Assembly (NCBI RefSeq): GCF_045277075.1
Contig: NZ_CP104270.1
Span: forward strand, 1,524,631 to 1,588,630
Reading direction: 5' to 3'
DNA: 64,000 nt
DNA from: Seonamhaeicola sp. MEBiC01930
Lineage (GTDB): Bacteria > Bacteroidota > Bacteroidia > Flavobacteriales > Flavobacteriaceae
A program made the position numbers and the translations under genes. This document shows positions 1 to 10,085 of the stretch, piece after piece. The notes beneath the pieces were generated by a model, which had not been told where the DNA came from, made no database searches, and was given only the letters and a program-made list of their open reading frames with translations. The first letter of the stretch is position 1. Every line of letters starts with the position of its first letter.

Positions 1-44
1 TGTTATTCCTTTATCACATTATAACGCATAAGTACTACAAACAA

Positions 45-257
45 TTGCAAAATGACACTTGTAAAAAAACATCTAGCTTTATGCGTATTTGGAATGAAGG
101 TGCTACATTCATTCTATTTGCCGTTATTTTTTTAGTTATTTTAAAAAGTAGTATCAATTGGATTTGGGGTATAATGGGTATGCTTTTATTAGGTGTTTTA
201 ATCATGTTAGGTTTTAAAGTATATAAGCGTATTAGAGATAAAAACCCTGAGACTTAA
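45..257 (+). CDS. hypothetical small membrane protein; the ORF opens on TTG, so the real start is probably ATG at 81 (58 aa, two predicted TM helices)
   Basis: ORF track; hydrophobic stretches; TTG at 45, in-frame ATG at 81. Confidence 0.3.
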   Translation: MQNDTCKKTSSFMRIWNEGATFILFAVIFLVILKSSINWIWGIMGMLLLGVLIMLGFKVYKRIRDKNPET

Positions 258-579
258 ATTATTAGGGTGTTTCTCTTTAAGGGTTGAGCTTTCAGCGGTC
301 GCTCCTTCCTGGGTCAGGGAGCTTCAACAAATGCCTCAAACCTTAGTACACACTTGTTTTAGAAAATTTTAACAAGTGTAATTTTTATAATCCTTAGGCC
401 TCTTTGGTGTGATAATTGCTATATTTCTTCAGTTAAAACTAAATTTTGAATTCAATAATTCACAAAATTTAGCTTTACTTCAGTAATCACTTTGTTAGTC
501 CATAATAATTTTTTTCATTTGAGGGTTTTGAATATTCAAATGAAAAAATTCATGTACTTTTAATGCAACAAAATCTTAA

Positions 580-2064
580 ATGAACTTAAGAAAACTCTCT
601 TTACGTACTCGCATTTTTTTAGCAATGATATTGCTAGTATTAATGGCGTCTGTACTTATTTCAGCGGTAGCTATATATCAATATAATGAGCAAAGTTCAG
701 ATTACCATGAAGGGCGTTTAGAACGTAAGGAACAAAATATCCAAACAGATCTTAAACAGTTTTTAAATGGGCGTTATAATACTTGGGAAATTAAAACAGA
801 AAACATTCCGCTAATTTATAAAGATGAAATTTATAACATAGCCAATATTCATAAGCTTCAAATAAATTTATATGATTTAGACGGCGGACTTCTAATTTCA
901 TCAAAGGCCAATTTACAAGGCGATATTGAAGAAAACTGCATTGATGCAGAAATTATGAATAATATTTTTAATACTGTTGAGTTTAATACTGTTTTAGAAA
1001 TTTCAAGACACCGTTATGTGCATAAGCTTATAGAAAACGGAGAAACATTTCAATCATCATACACCTTTCTTTTAGATAAAAACTCTAAGCCATTAGCAAT
1101 ATTAAATCTTCCATATTTAGAAAAAGACGATTTTTTAACCAAAGAACTTCTTGAGTTTTTAAAGCGTATTGCTTTTGCCTTTGCACTGGTGCTATTAACA
1201 GCTATAGGTATTGCTTTTTTACTTTCTAAATTCATAACAAAATCATTAAAAACTATTAGTGATAAAATTATTTCTACCAGACTTGAAAAACGCAATAAAA
1301 AAATTGAGGTTGATGACACTAGCGAGGAAATCTCAATATTAGTAAACTCATACAATAGTATGATTGATGAATTGGAGGAAAGTGCAGTGCAATTAGCCAA
1401 AAGTGAGCGAGAGCAGGCATGGAGAGAAATGGCTAAGCAAGTAGCCCATGAAATTAAAAACCCTTTAACACCAATGCGTTTAACGGTGCAGAATTTTCAG
1501 CGAAAGTTTAACCCTGAAGATGAAAACATTCATTTAAAATTAGAAGAATATACTAAAACCTTAATTCAGCAAATAGATACTATGAGTTCTATTGCTTCGG
1601 CATTTTCAAATTTTGCTAAAATGCCAGCGCAACAAAATGAAACCCTTAATGTGGTTAAAATTGTAAAGCTAGCCTTAGATATTTTTAATGAAGATTATAT
1701 CGTTTTCACATCAGATTACGATGAAATAATAGCTAAATTTGATAGAACTCAGCTTATTAGAGTAGTAACTAATTTGGTTAAAAATGGTATTCAGGCCATT
1801 CCAGAAAACCAGGTACCTAGAATAGCTATTCATGTTACCTCAAAAGATAATAATGTAGTATTAACAGTTGCAGATAACGGTTCTGGAGTATCAGAAGAGA
1901 ATAAAGATAAAGTGTTTGAACCTAAATTTACTACTAAAACTAGCGGTATGGGGCTTGGGTTAGCAATGGTTAAAAATATTGTTGAAACCTATAATGGAAC
2001 CATTACATTTGAATCTATAAAAGATAAGGGTACTACATTTAAAGTTATGTTTCCAAAAGAGTAA
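580..2064 (+). CDS. sensor histidine kinase: N-terminal TM/periplasmic region, HAMP-like linker, HisKA (AHEIKNPLTPM) and HATPase_c
   Basis: H-box motif HEIKNPL; G-boxes DNGSGV and GMGLGL; TM segments. Confidence 0.85.
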   Translation: MNLRKLSLRTRIFLAMILLVLMASVLISAVAIYQYNEQSSDYHEGRLERKEQNIQTDLKQFLNGRYNTWEIKTENIPLIYKDEIYNIANIHKLQINLYDLDGGLLISSKANLQGDIEENCIDAEIMNNIFNTVEFNTVLEISRHRYVHKLIENGETFQSSYTFLLDKNSKPLAILNLPYLEKDDFLTKELLEFLKRIAFAFALVLLTAIGIAFLLSKFITKSLKTISDKIISTRLEKRNKKIEVDDTSEEISILVNSYNSMIDELEESAVQLAKSEREQAWREMAKQVAHEIKNPLTPMRLTVQNFQRKFNPEDENIHLKLEEYTKTLIQQIDTMSSIASAFSNFAKMPAQQNETLNVVKIVKLALDIFNEDYIVFTSDYDEIIAKFDRTQLIRVVTNLVKNGIQAIPENQVPRIAIHVTSKDNNVVLTVADNGSGVSEENKDKVFEPKFTTKTSGMGLGLAMVKNIVETYNGTITFESIKDKGTTFKVMFPKE

Positions 2065-2109
2065 TCTTCTTGCAGAAGTAGGAAGCTCACCATATATAAC
2101 ACATTAATT

Positions 2110-2892
2110 ATGAATTTCAATAATATTCAAACTGAATATGATAATGGCATTACTGCCATTACCATAAACCGTCCAAAAAAATTAAACGCCTTAAATCAAG
2201 AAACTATCAATGAATTGCACCATGCATTTAAGGATGCTGACTTGGATGAAAACACTAAGGTTGTTATTGTAACTGGAAGCGGTGAAAAGGCTTTTGTTGC
2301 GGGTGCTGATATTAGCGAATTTGCTGATTATAATGTTGAAGAAGGTGAGTACTTAGCAGCAAATGGGCAAAAAATACTTTTTGACTTTGTTGAAAATCTT
2401 TCTACACCTGTAATAGCAGCAGTAAATGGTTTTGCGCTAGGTGGTGGTTTAGAGTTAGCTATGGCGTGTCATTTTAGAGTAGCTAGTGATAATGCTAAAA
2501 TGGGCTTGCCAGAAGTATCACTTGGTGTTATTCCTGGTTATGGTGGTACGCAACGCTTAACGCATTTAGTCGGTAAGGGGCGTGCTATGGAATTAATTAT
2601 GACTGCTGGTATGATTGATGCCAACAGGGCTTTTAGTTATGGTTTGGTAAATCATGTTACTACACAAGAAGAGTTATTACCACTTTGTAATAAAATAGCT
2701 TTAAAAATAACCCAAAACTCTTCTGTAGCTATTTCCGGTGCTATTAAAGCGGTTAATTCAAGTTTTAAAGATGGTATTAATGGTTTTGAAGTTGAAATTA
2801 AAGAATTTGGTAGATGCTTTGGAACAGAAGATTTTGCTGAAGGTACCACCGCCTTTTTAGAAAAACGAAAAGCGGATTTTCCTGGAAGATAA
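2110..2892 (+). CDS. enoyl-CoA hydratase/isomerase (crotonase family)
   Basis: crotonase fold motifs VTGSGEKAFVAGADI and ALGGGLELAMACH. Confidence 0.85.
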   Translation: MNFNNIQTEYDNGITAITINRPKKLNALNQETINELHHAFKDADLDENTKVVIVTGSGEKAFVAGADISEFADYNVEEGEYLAANGQKILFDFVENLSTPVIAAVNGFALGGGLELAMACHFRVASDNAKMGLPEVSLGVIPGYGGTQRLTHLVGKGRAMELIMTAGMIDANRAFSYGLVNHVTTQEELLPLCNKIALKITQNSSVAISGAIKAVNSSFKDGINGFEVEIKEFGRCFGTEDFAEGTTAFLEKRKADFPGR

Positions 2893-3065
2893 TTTCAAGG
2901 TTCCATTTGACAGCTTCGTGTATAATTCCGTAGGTTAAAATCCGATTAGGATTTCCCAAGAACAAATTGAAACAAGATAAAGGCAAGGAAAACATCTTTT
3001 TTAGACAATATTATGTATTAGTAGTTTTTTATTTACTCCCTTGTAAAGAAGTGATATTTGAACTA

Positions 3066-5627
3066 CTATTTTTTCCCATGTTTTCTGTAAAGATTATCTG
3101 TGGCTTGTAATAGTTTTTTCTTTAAGTTTTTATCAAGTGTTGGATTTGAATTAATGTAGTCTTTTACCATAAGATAAGCTTCTTTAGAATTATATTGGCC
3201 AATAGTATTATTTAACCATCCTAGTGGGAAAAAAATATCTCCTGTTTGTTGAATTTCTTCAAGAATTTCCAGACTCATTTCTACAGATTTAATTCCTTCA
3301 TTTTGTTTCAGAGGATGATGAATATACCATGCTGCTGTTAATGTCCAATTTTCTTTTTCTCTGTTTTTAGGATCTTTAAATGATTTAAAAAATGCTGTTC
3401 TTATCTCAGGATCAGGATCTAACGCAGGTATTAAAAACTCAAATCGTTTTATTTTATCAGCATTGGTAAGCTCTGACTTAGATTTTGCTAATATCTCCTT
3501 TGACTTATGATGACCAAACAGTGCTAATTGTTGTCCCAAATAGGTATAATCGTCTTGGTTTAAAGTTAGATTATTTATAGTTTCTTCTTTACTCCAAATC
3601 CTATAAAGTTTTTCAATTCCAGATTTAGAATGTGCAATGGATTTATAACTATTAAAGAGCGATTTTTTGATGTTTTTGGATTCATTCTGTTGAAGTCTGT
3701 TATAGATTAGTTGTTCTAATTTAGGCAGGTGAGCGAGACGTTGTTCATGTGTGAATGAATTCCAATATAGATTAGTTAATTGCGCAGAAATTATTTTTAA
3801 AATTAGTTCATTGAGCTCTGTTTCCAGTCCTATTTTGAGATTTTCAAAAGCAATCGTATTATTAATTGTTCCATTAAGAGTGTTTTCATAAATGTTTAGA
3901 TAAGATTGCGCTCTTGAAACTTCTTCTTTTATTGAAAAGGTTTGTTTTATAACTGCATCATTAACTGGAAATACCCCATACCCATACCCATCGCTATTAT
4001 ACAAGATATACATGGGTTTTGGAGCTCCAATAGCTTGCGCTATTTCTATGCTCTTTGCATTGCTTAGCACAGGAATTGTAACAATTTTATTCGGGTATAC
4101 AAGGCTAATATCAAAAGATTGAGGCCAAAATTTTGATGAGCCATCTTCTGCATTTTGAGTAAGAATAAATTGTTTAATGTTATTGGTGTTATCAAATTGA
4201 ATATCTTCATGAAATACAGGTCTTCCAGTTGAGTTAACCCATACATCACTCCAAGTTTGTAAATCAAGATCTGTTTTTTTATCAAGAATAGTTATTAATT
4301 GATTCCAGTCGGCATTACTATTTGCATAGGTGGAAACATATTCTCTAATCCCTTCTTTAAAGTTTGTTTTCCCTATTGATAACTCTAACTGACGCATCAT
4401 AATAGGGGCTTTATTATATATAATACTTCCATAAAGTGATCCTGCATTATTAAGATTGTCCAATTCTTGCCGAATTGCATTCGCGCCTTGTGTACGATCA
4501 ACTCCATAGGCCCTTGGATAATGTGATATTAAAAATTGAAGGTCATGATTGATATCAGTGAAAACAGGATTTACAATTTTATCTGCCATAAAATTAGCGA
4601 ATACTTCTTTCATCCATACATCATTGAACCATTGCATTGTCACTAGATTTCCAAACCACATATGTGCCGTTTCATGTGCAATAAGTTTTGCTCTAGATAA
4701 TTCTTGTGAGCGAGTAGCACTTTTATCTAAAAATAAACTGGACTCTCTATATTGTATCGCACCTGTGTGTTCCATCCCTCCATACTGAAATCCTGGGATA
4801 GTTGCAAAATCAAATTTTTGAAATGGAAACTGATATTGAGTGTAGTTTTCTAAAAAATCTAAAGAAGATTGGTGCAAATTAAAAATAGCTGATGTACTTG
4901 TCTTAATTTTTTCTTCATTGGTTTCTCTATAAAGCATATTCATGGTACGATCTGTTTCTTGAGAGTTAACTGCTGTAAACTTTCCAGCTACAAAAGAGAA
5001 CAAATAGGTGCTCATTTTATTAGATTTTTCAAATTGATAAGTTATCGATTCTTTGTGGGTGCTTTTTCTAATAATTGGAGCTGCACATAGAACCTCCCAG
5101 CTTTTTGGAGCAGTAATACTAAGCCTATAATTAGCTTTGATGTTTGGTTGATCGAAACATGGAAATAATGTTCTGGCGCGGTCAGGAACTAATAATGTAT
5201 ACAGAAAATCGCTATTTCTATTTAAAGATAATTCACCAGCTATAAAATCAATTTCTATAGTGTTTAATCCCAATTGTAAAGATTCTTTAGGAATTATGAT
5301 GTGTTCTTTAATGTGAGTTATAGCAATTGGTTTTTCATTAACAATAATGTTTTTTAACGCCGATGATTGTTCTTTAAAATCTAAATAAAGTGGATGAGTA
5401 AGATGATTTATATTAGTTTCCAAAACAAGGTTAGCTACTATGGGCAGTTCTTTTTCTTTTGGAATGTTAAAAGATAAATGATAAACAACATCTTGTACCT
5501 GCGTACTTCGATAGTTTGCCAAGTCTAATGAAACTCCAGTACTGTTAAATAATAAAGGTTCTTTAGGAGTTTTTGTACAAGAAATACAATAAAGTAGCGC
5601 AAATATGTATAATAAAGATTTAGTCAA
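3066..5627 (-). CDS. M1-family zinc aminopeptidase (aminopeptidase N-like) lipoprotein
   Basis: gluzincin motif HETAHMWFGN...E; GAMEN-like GGMEH; lipoprotein signal with Cys. Confidence 0.85.
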   Translation of the reverse strand: MTKSLLYIFALLYCISCTKTPKEPLLFNSTGVSLDLANYRSTQVQDVVYHLSFNIPKEKELPIVANLVLETNINHLTHPLYLDFKEQSSALKNIIVNEKPIAITHIKEHIIIPKESLQLGLNTIEIDFIAGELSLNRNSDFLYTLLVPDRARTLFPCFDQPNIKANYRLSITAPKSWEVLCAAPIIRKSTHKESITYQFEKSNKMSTYLFSFVAGKFTAVNSQETDRTMNMLYRETNEEKIKTSTSAIFNLHQSSLDFLENYTQYQFPFQKFDFATIPGFQYGGMEHTGAIQYRESSLFLDKSATRSQELSRAKLIAHETAHMWFGNLVTMQWFNDVWMKEVFANFMADKIVNPVFTDINHDLQFLISHYPRAYGVDRTQGANAIRQELDNLNNAGSLYGSIIYNKAPIMMRQLELSIGKTNFKEGIREYVSTYANSNADWNQLITILDKKTDLDLQTWSDVWVNSTGRPVFHEDIQFDNTNNIKQFILTQNAEDGSSKFWPQSFDISLVYPNKIVTIPVLSNAKSIEIAQAIGAPKPMYILYNSDGYGYGVFPVNDAVIKQTFSIKEEVSRAQSYLNIYENTLNGTINNTIAFENLKIGLETELNELILKIISAQLTNLYWNSFTHEQRLAHLPKLEQLIYNRLQQNESKNIKKSLFNSYKSIAHSKSGIEKLYRIWSKEETINNLTLNQDDYTYLGQQLALFGHHKSKEILAKSKSELTNADKIKRFEFLIPALDPDPEIRTAFFKSFKDPKNREKENWTLTAAWYIHHPLKQNEGIKSVEMSLEILEEIQQTGDIFFPLGWLNNTIGQYNSKEAYLMVKDYINSNPTLDKNLKKKLLQATDNLYRKHGKK

Positions 5628-5836
5628 AGTGTTTTTGGATATGTAAGATTATCTTTTGCTAAGTTTAATATGAAATAATTTCAATGTTTTATATCTACTG
5701 ATTAAACGAAGGTAGCAGAAAAATGGTACAAAGTCAAATTGTTAATAACCCATAATTCCTTTAACATTTACAAGCTTAAATTCTCAGTAATTTTAAGTGG
5801 TCAGGTATACTCAAACACTTTGTAAATTTTAAAAAT

Positions 5837-6910
5837 ATGAACCCCAAATCTGTTATAAAGGGACGTGGAGCCCAGCTCAATGTCCCTAACCGTTTCTTCG
5901 ATTTAAATCACGAAATGCGTGAAGATTTCCTTGAATATTGCCAAAAAGAAGGTGAAAAAGCCGATAAAAATAAAACGCGTTATATAGAAGTATTTCCAAA
6001 AACCATAGTCAATAAAGTAACCAGTCCGGATGTGGGTATGATGTATTCTATGAATGCCTACCAAGGTTGTGAACATGGTTGTATTTACTGCTATGCTCGT
6101 AACACACATGAATATTGGGGTTATAGTGCTGGTTTAGACTTTGAACGTAGAATTTTGGTTAAAAAAGAAGCACCTATATTGTTAGAGAATCAATTAAAAA
6201 AGAAAAGTTGGCATGCACAAACTATTGTAATGTCTGGCAATACAGATTGCTACCAACCTGCAGAACAGATTTATAATATTACAAGACGATGCTTAGAGGT
6301 GTTTTTAAAATATAAACATCCGGTAGGCATTATTACAAAAAATACATTGATTTTACGTGATTTAGAGATTGTAAGAGCATTAGCAAAGGACCATTTAATT
6401 GCAGTTAATATATCAATAACATCTTTAAGTGAAAATACACGGCGTATTTTAGAGCCTAGAACAGCAACCATAAAAAAACGTTTAGAAACTGTTAAAATTT
6501 TAAGTGAAAATGGCGTTCCTGTTAACGTAATGATTGCACCTATAATTCCTTCAATAAACAGTCATGAAATTTTGGCTTTAGCCAAAGCAGCTTCAGAGCA
6601 TGGTGCTTTGTCTATTGGACACACAATAGTGAGGTTAAATGGGGCTATTGGCGAAATATTTAGAGATTGGATTAAAAAAACAATGCCAGATAGGGCAGAT
6701 AAAGTTTTACATCAAATAGAGAACTGCCACGGAGGAAGTTTAAACGATTCTAGGTATGGAAAAAGAATGCGAGGAGAGGGTAAAATAGCAGAGCAAATTA
6801 ATAATCTTGTTAAAATGGGGCAACGAAAATATTTTAAAGACAAAAAAATGCCCAAACTTAATACAACACTTCATGAGTTGCATAAAGATGGACAATTAAA
6901 ATTGTTTTAG
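5837..6910 (+). CDS. radical SAM protein, PA0069/SplB-like (COG1533)
   Basis: CxxxCxxC motif CEHGCIYC; family-typical N-terminal region. Confidence 0.8.
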   Translation: MNPKSVIKGRGAQLNVPNRFFDLNHEMREDFLEYCQKEGEKADKNKTRYIEVFPKTIVNKVTSPDVGMMYSMNAYQGCEHGCIYCYARNTHEYWGYSAGLDFERRILVKKEAPILLENQLKKKSWHAQTIVMSGNTDCYQPAEQIYNITRRCLEVFLKYKHPVGIITKNTLILRDLEIVRALAKDHLIAVNISITSLSENTRRILEPRTATIKKRLETVKILSENGVPVNVMIAPIIPSINSHEILALAKAASEHGALSIGHTIVRLNGAIGEIFRDWIKKTMPDRADKVLHQIENCHGGSLNDSRYGKRMRGEGKIAEQINNLVKMGQRKYFKDKKMPKLNTTLHELHKDGQLKLF

Positions 6911-7211
6911 TGCTATTTTAAGCTTTAAAAGCTAAAACCTTTTTGTTGGAATTAAAGATTTTTAGGTGTTTTAAATCTAAAAATTTTCTGGTTTTGTTTA
7001 AAGGTTTCTCGTTTCTAATTTGGTTGCAATGGTAGGCTTGTGAAATAAACATAATCAATAGTTTTTATAATGGGTTTATAATCATATTCAGTTCAAAAAT
7101 AAAACACTTTTAGGTTATATAAAACATTGAATTTGATAAGTTTATGTTCTAAATTAGCATGTTGTTTGAAATTTTTTTTTAAAGTTAAAATGTATTGGTA
7201 TTTAAAACAAA

Positions 7212-7240
7212 AAAGCGGGCTTAAAAGCCCGCTTCAGCAA
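7212..7240 (-). terminator. rho-independent terminator for paralog copy 1 (stem GCGGGC, loop TTAAAA, stem GCCCGC, then T-run on the minus strand)
   Basis: inverted repeat plus T-run read on the minus strand. Confidence 0.6.
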
Positions 7241-7262
7241 AACTAAATTAAATAATGGGTTA

Positions 7263-7862
7263 TTAATTGTTAATGTATTTGGTAAGTTCTTTGTTATTAA
7301 AGTTAAATACTATTTTGTAACTACCTGTCTCTAACTTAAAAACGCGTTCAATATTTTGAATACCTTTAATAGTTTCTTTATAAACTATTTCAGAAGAACT
7401 ATCATAGTAAAGTGCATGCACACTTATTTTCAAAGGTTCTAAATCTAGAGCAAGTTGAGAAATATAAATCAAACCATTTTCTTCTCTCACAAATGGTTTA
7501 TAGATTGTAGTCTCTTTTTCTTTGTTGAAGGTTACTTTGTTAGATTTAACAGTAAATGGAATAGTTTTAATTTCTATTTCCTTGTCTAGTTCAAAGAAAT
7601 AACTTCCATCAGGTAATTCGGTTAAATCAAAACCTTTTGTATAAATACCTGATTGTTTAATCATTTCCTTATATAGCGTGATACCGTGATCATCTTTAAT
7701 AGAAAGAAGGTTACCCTCTTTTACATCCTCAATTGTTAATGCAGTTGCTTTTAAATCTTTTTTAAAGTTTTTAATAGAAACTTCATTTGCGAAACCCATA
7801 ACCGTAGCTAATATGGCTACCATTAAGATTCCTTTTTTGGTGTTTGTTAATACGTTTTTCAT
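7263..7862 (-). CDS. secreted hypothetical protein, paralog copy 1 of a tandem family (199 aa, signal peptide)
   Basis: N-terminal signal MKNVLTNTKKGILMVAILATVMGFANE; about 60% identical to copies 2 and 3. Confidence 0.6.
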   Translation of the reverse strand: MKNVLTNTKKGILMVAILATVMGFANEVSIKNFKKDLKATALTIEDVKEGNLLSIKDDHGITLYKEMIKQSGIYTKGFDLTELPDGSYFFELDKEIEIKTIPFTVKSNKVTFNKEKETTIYKPFVREENGLIYISQLALDLEPLKISVHALYYDSSSEIVYKETIKGIQNIERVFKLETGSYKIVFNFNNKELTKYINN

Positions 7863-7890
7863 GATTTGGTGTTTTTAACGTTTTACATTA

Positions 7891-7898
7891 CAAATATA
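7891..7898 (-). promoter_or_regulatory. Bacteroidetes-type -7 box TAtaTTTG upstream of paralog copy 1; the same box recurs before copy 2 (8729-8736) and as TAaaTTTG before copy 3 (9568-9575)
   Basis: TAnnTTTG motif about 30 nt upstream of each ATG, inside a conserved intergenic block. Confidence 0.4.
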
Positions 7899-8061
7899 TA
7901 ATAGGAAAAAAACTTATAAAACATTGATATTCACCGATTTATATGCTAAATTATCTGTTATTTTTAGGATAACTTTAGGTTAAGTTAATAGGGTTTATGG
8001 CATGGTTAATTTCACATATATTTAAGAGATCATGCTTTTAGCCAAAATAAAGGTCAAAAAA

Positions 8062-8086
8062 AAAGTGGGCCACCACAGCCCACTTT
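8062..8086 (-). terminator. rho-independent terminator (stem GTGGGC, loop CACCACA, stem GCCCAC, plus T-run on minus) downstream of copy 2; identical copies at 8903-8927 and 9763-9790
   Basis: perfect 6-bp stem with T8 run on the minus strand; repeated three times. Confidence 0.6.
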
Positions 8087-8113
8087 ACCAACTAAACTAA
8101 ATAAGACATTAAA

Positions 8114-8701
8114 CTAGTTATTAATGTATTTTGTATATGTTTTATCATTAGAGTTAAATACAATCTTGTAGTTTCCTCTTTCTAATTTTAAAACACGTTC
8201 TATATTTTCTTTACCTTTAATGGTTTCAGTGAATAATAATTCAGAAGCACCACTACTGTATAAACCATATACATTTATTTTTAATGGCTCTAATTCTGGG
8301 GCAAGCTTGGTAATGTAAACTAAATCGTTATGTTTTTGAACAAATGGTTTAAAAATAATAGTCTCCTTATCTTTATCAAAGACTGCAATGTTAGACTTTA
8401 CATTAAACGGAATAGTTTTAATTGTTATGTCTTTATCTAATTCAAAGAAATAACTGCCATCAGGTAATTCTGTTAAATCAAACCCTTTAGTATAACTACC
8501 AGATTGTTCAATAATTTCTGTATAAAGGGTACTACCATTAATGTCTTTAATAGAAAGAAGGTTACCTTCTTTTACATTATTAATAGTTAATGCGGTAATT
8601 CTTAAATCTCTTCCGTCAATTTCATTAGCGAAACCCATAACCGTAGCTAACATGGCTACCATTAAAATTCCTTTTTTTGTGTTGTTTAATACGTTTTTCA
8701 T
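8114..8701 (-). CDS. secreted hypothetical protein, tandem paralog copy 2 (195 aa)
   Basis: about 85% identical to copy 3; signal peptide. Confidence 0.6.
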   Translation of the reverse strand: MKNVLNNTKKGILMVAMLATVMGFANEIDGRDLRITALTINNVKEGNLLSIKDINGSTLYTEIIEQSGSYTKGFDLTELPDGSYFFELDKDITIKTIPFNVKSNIAVFDKDKETIIFKPFVQKHNDLVYITKLAPELEPLKINVYGLYSSGASELLFTETIKGKENIERVLKLERGNYKIVFNSNDKTYTKYINN

Positions 8702-8951
8702 GATTTGGTGTTTTTAACGTTTTACACTACAAATATATAGTAGGGAATAAATTTATAAAACATTGATATTCACTAATATATGTGCTAAATTATCTGTTAT
8801 TTTTATGATATGTTTAGGTAAAGTTAATTGGGTTTATAGCATGGTTAATTTCACATATATTTTGAGAGATCATGGTTTTACCAAAAATAAGGGCAAAAAA
8901 AAGTGGGCCACCACAGCCCACCTTACCAACTAAACTAAATAAGACATTAAA

Positions 8952-9539
8952 CTAGTTATTAATGTATTTTGTATATGTTTTATTATTAGAGTGAAATACA
9001 ATTTTGTAGTCTCCTTTGTCTAATTTTAAAACACGCTCTATATTTTCTTTACCTTTAATAGTTTCAGTGAATAGTAATTCAGAGGCACCTCCACTATATA
9101 GGCCATATACATTTATTTTTAATGGCTCTAACTCAGGGGCAAGTTTGGTGATGTAAACTAAATCATTGTCCGTTTTAACAAAAGGCTTAAAAATAATAGT
9201 TTCCTTTTCTTTATTAAAGGTTGCAATATTTGATTTAACCGTAAATGGAATAGTTTTAATTTCTATATCCTTGATTAATTCAAAGAAATACTTTCCATCA
9301 GGTAATTCTGTTAAATCAAACCCTTTTGTATAGCTACCAGATTGTTCAATAGTTTCTGTATATATTATACTACCATTAATATCTTTAATAGATAGAAGGT
9401 TACCTTCTTTTACATTATTAATAGTTAATGCAGTAACTTTAAAATCTCTTCCGTCAATTTCATTAGCGAAACTCATAACCGTAGCTAACATGGCTACCAT
9501 TAAAATTCCTTTTTTTGTGTTGTTTAATACGTTTTTCAT
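8952..9539 (-). CDS. secreted hypothetical protein, tandem paralog copy 3 (195 aa)
   Basis: about 85% identical to copy 2; signal peptide. Confidence 0.6.
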   Translation of the reverse strand: MKNVLNNTKKGILMVAMLATVMSFANEIDGRDFKVTALTINNVKEGNLLSIKDINGSIIYTETIEQSGSYTKGFDLTELPDGKYFFELIKDIEIKTIPFTVKSNIATFNKEKETIIFKPFVKTDNDLVYITKLAPELEPLKINVYGLYSGGASELLFTETIKGKENIERVLKLDKGDYKIVFHSNNKTYTKYINN

Positions 9540-9762
9540 AATAAGCGTTTTTTAACGTTTTATACTGCAAATTTATGTTGGATTCTTAATTTACAAAACA
9601 CTGAAATTCGCCAATTTATATTCTAAATTACCTGTTAACTTATTGTTAATTTTATGTTAGGTTAAAATACCATAATATTGAGGTAATAATATATAAATTA
9701 TGGTCTATAGAATCTATTAATAAAGTAAGTAGAGTTTAAATAGTTTACAAACATTTGGGTAA

Positions 9763-9845
9763 AAAAAAGTGGGCCACCACAGCCCACTTTACCAACTAAA
9801 CTAAATAAGACATTAAACTAATTATTAATGTATTTTGTATGAATT
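9763..9845 (-). pseudogene. remnant of a fourth paralog unit: terminator copy plus the last ~6 codons (YTKYINN-stop), then unrelated sequence
   Basis: 9822-9841 ttattaatgtattttgtat matches the 3' ends of copies 2 and 3; the upstream coding part is absent. Confidence 0.4.
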
Positions 9846-10085
9846 TTTTATATTAAATTAAAAAAGGTTATTAATATTTCCTGTTTTAATTTCTTTATAT
9901 ACTTGATTAATAACTACACAGCAAAGATAAGATGGATATACAGCTGTAAAAACATCAATTTTAGCCATTTTGTATGCTATATTAACCATTAACCATATGT
10001 TAAATAACTGTTAAGTTAAAATAACATACAATAATATCAATAACATATACAATGTATGCATAATATATTGTAATTTTGTATTTAA

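Noticed and set aside
284-340. GC-rich two-level hairpin (GTTGAGC...GCTCC-loop-GGAGC...GCTTCAAC). A segment of it, CCAGGAAGGAGCGACC on the minus strand, resembles the SRP RNA domain-IV motif CCGGAAGGAAGCAGCC
   Set aside because: The 5'-strand partner motif (GGUCAGG before the tetraloop) is in the wrong order and orientation, the conserved AGCAGCCA bases differ, and no full ~100-nt SRP fold could be built. More likely an intergenic stem-loop or terminator after the small ORF. It needs cmscan to settle.
1050-1400. Antisense or overlapping ORFs inside long genes (1050-1400, 2652-2995, 4064-4285, 4549-4788, 12852-13043, 17674-17996, 21231-21545, 38926-39165, 44463-44957, 45069-45329, 48754-49086, 52777-53151, 56938-57189, 59219-59662 and others)
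   Set aside because: Each is fully embedded in, and antisense or out-of-frame to, a well-supported longer gene with recognisable domains, and none has its own promoter or terminator signal.
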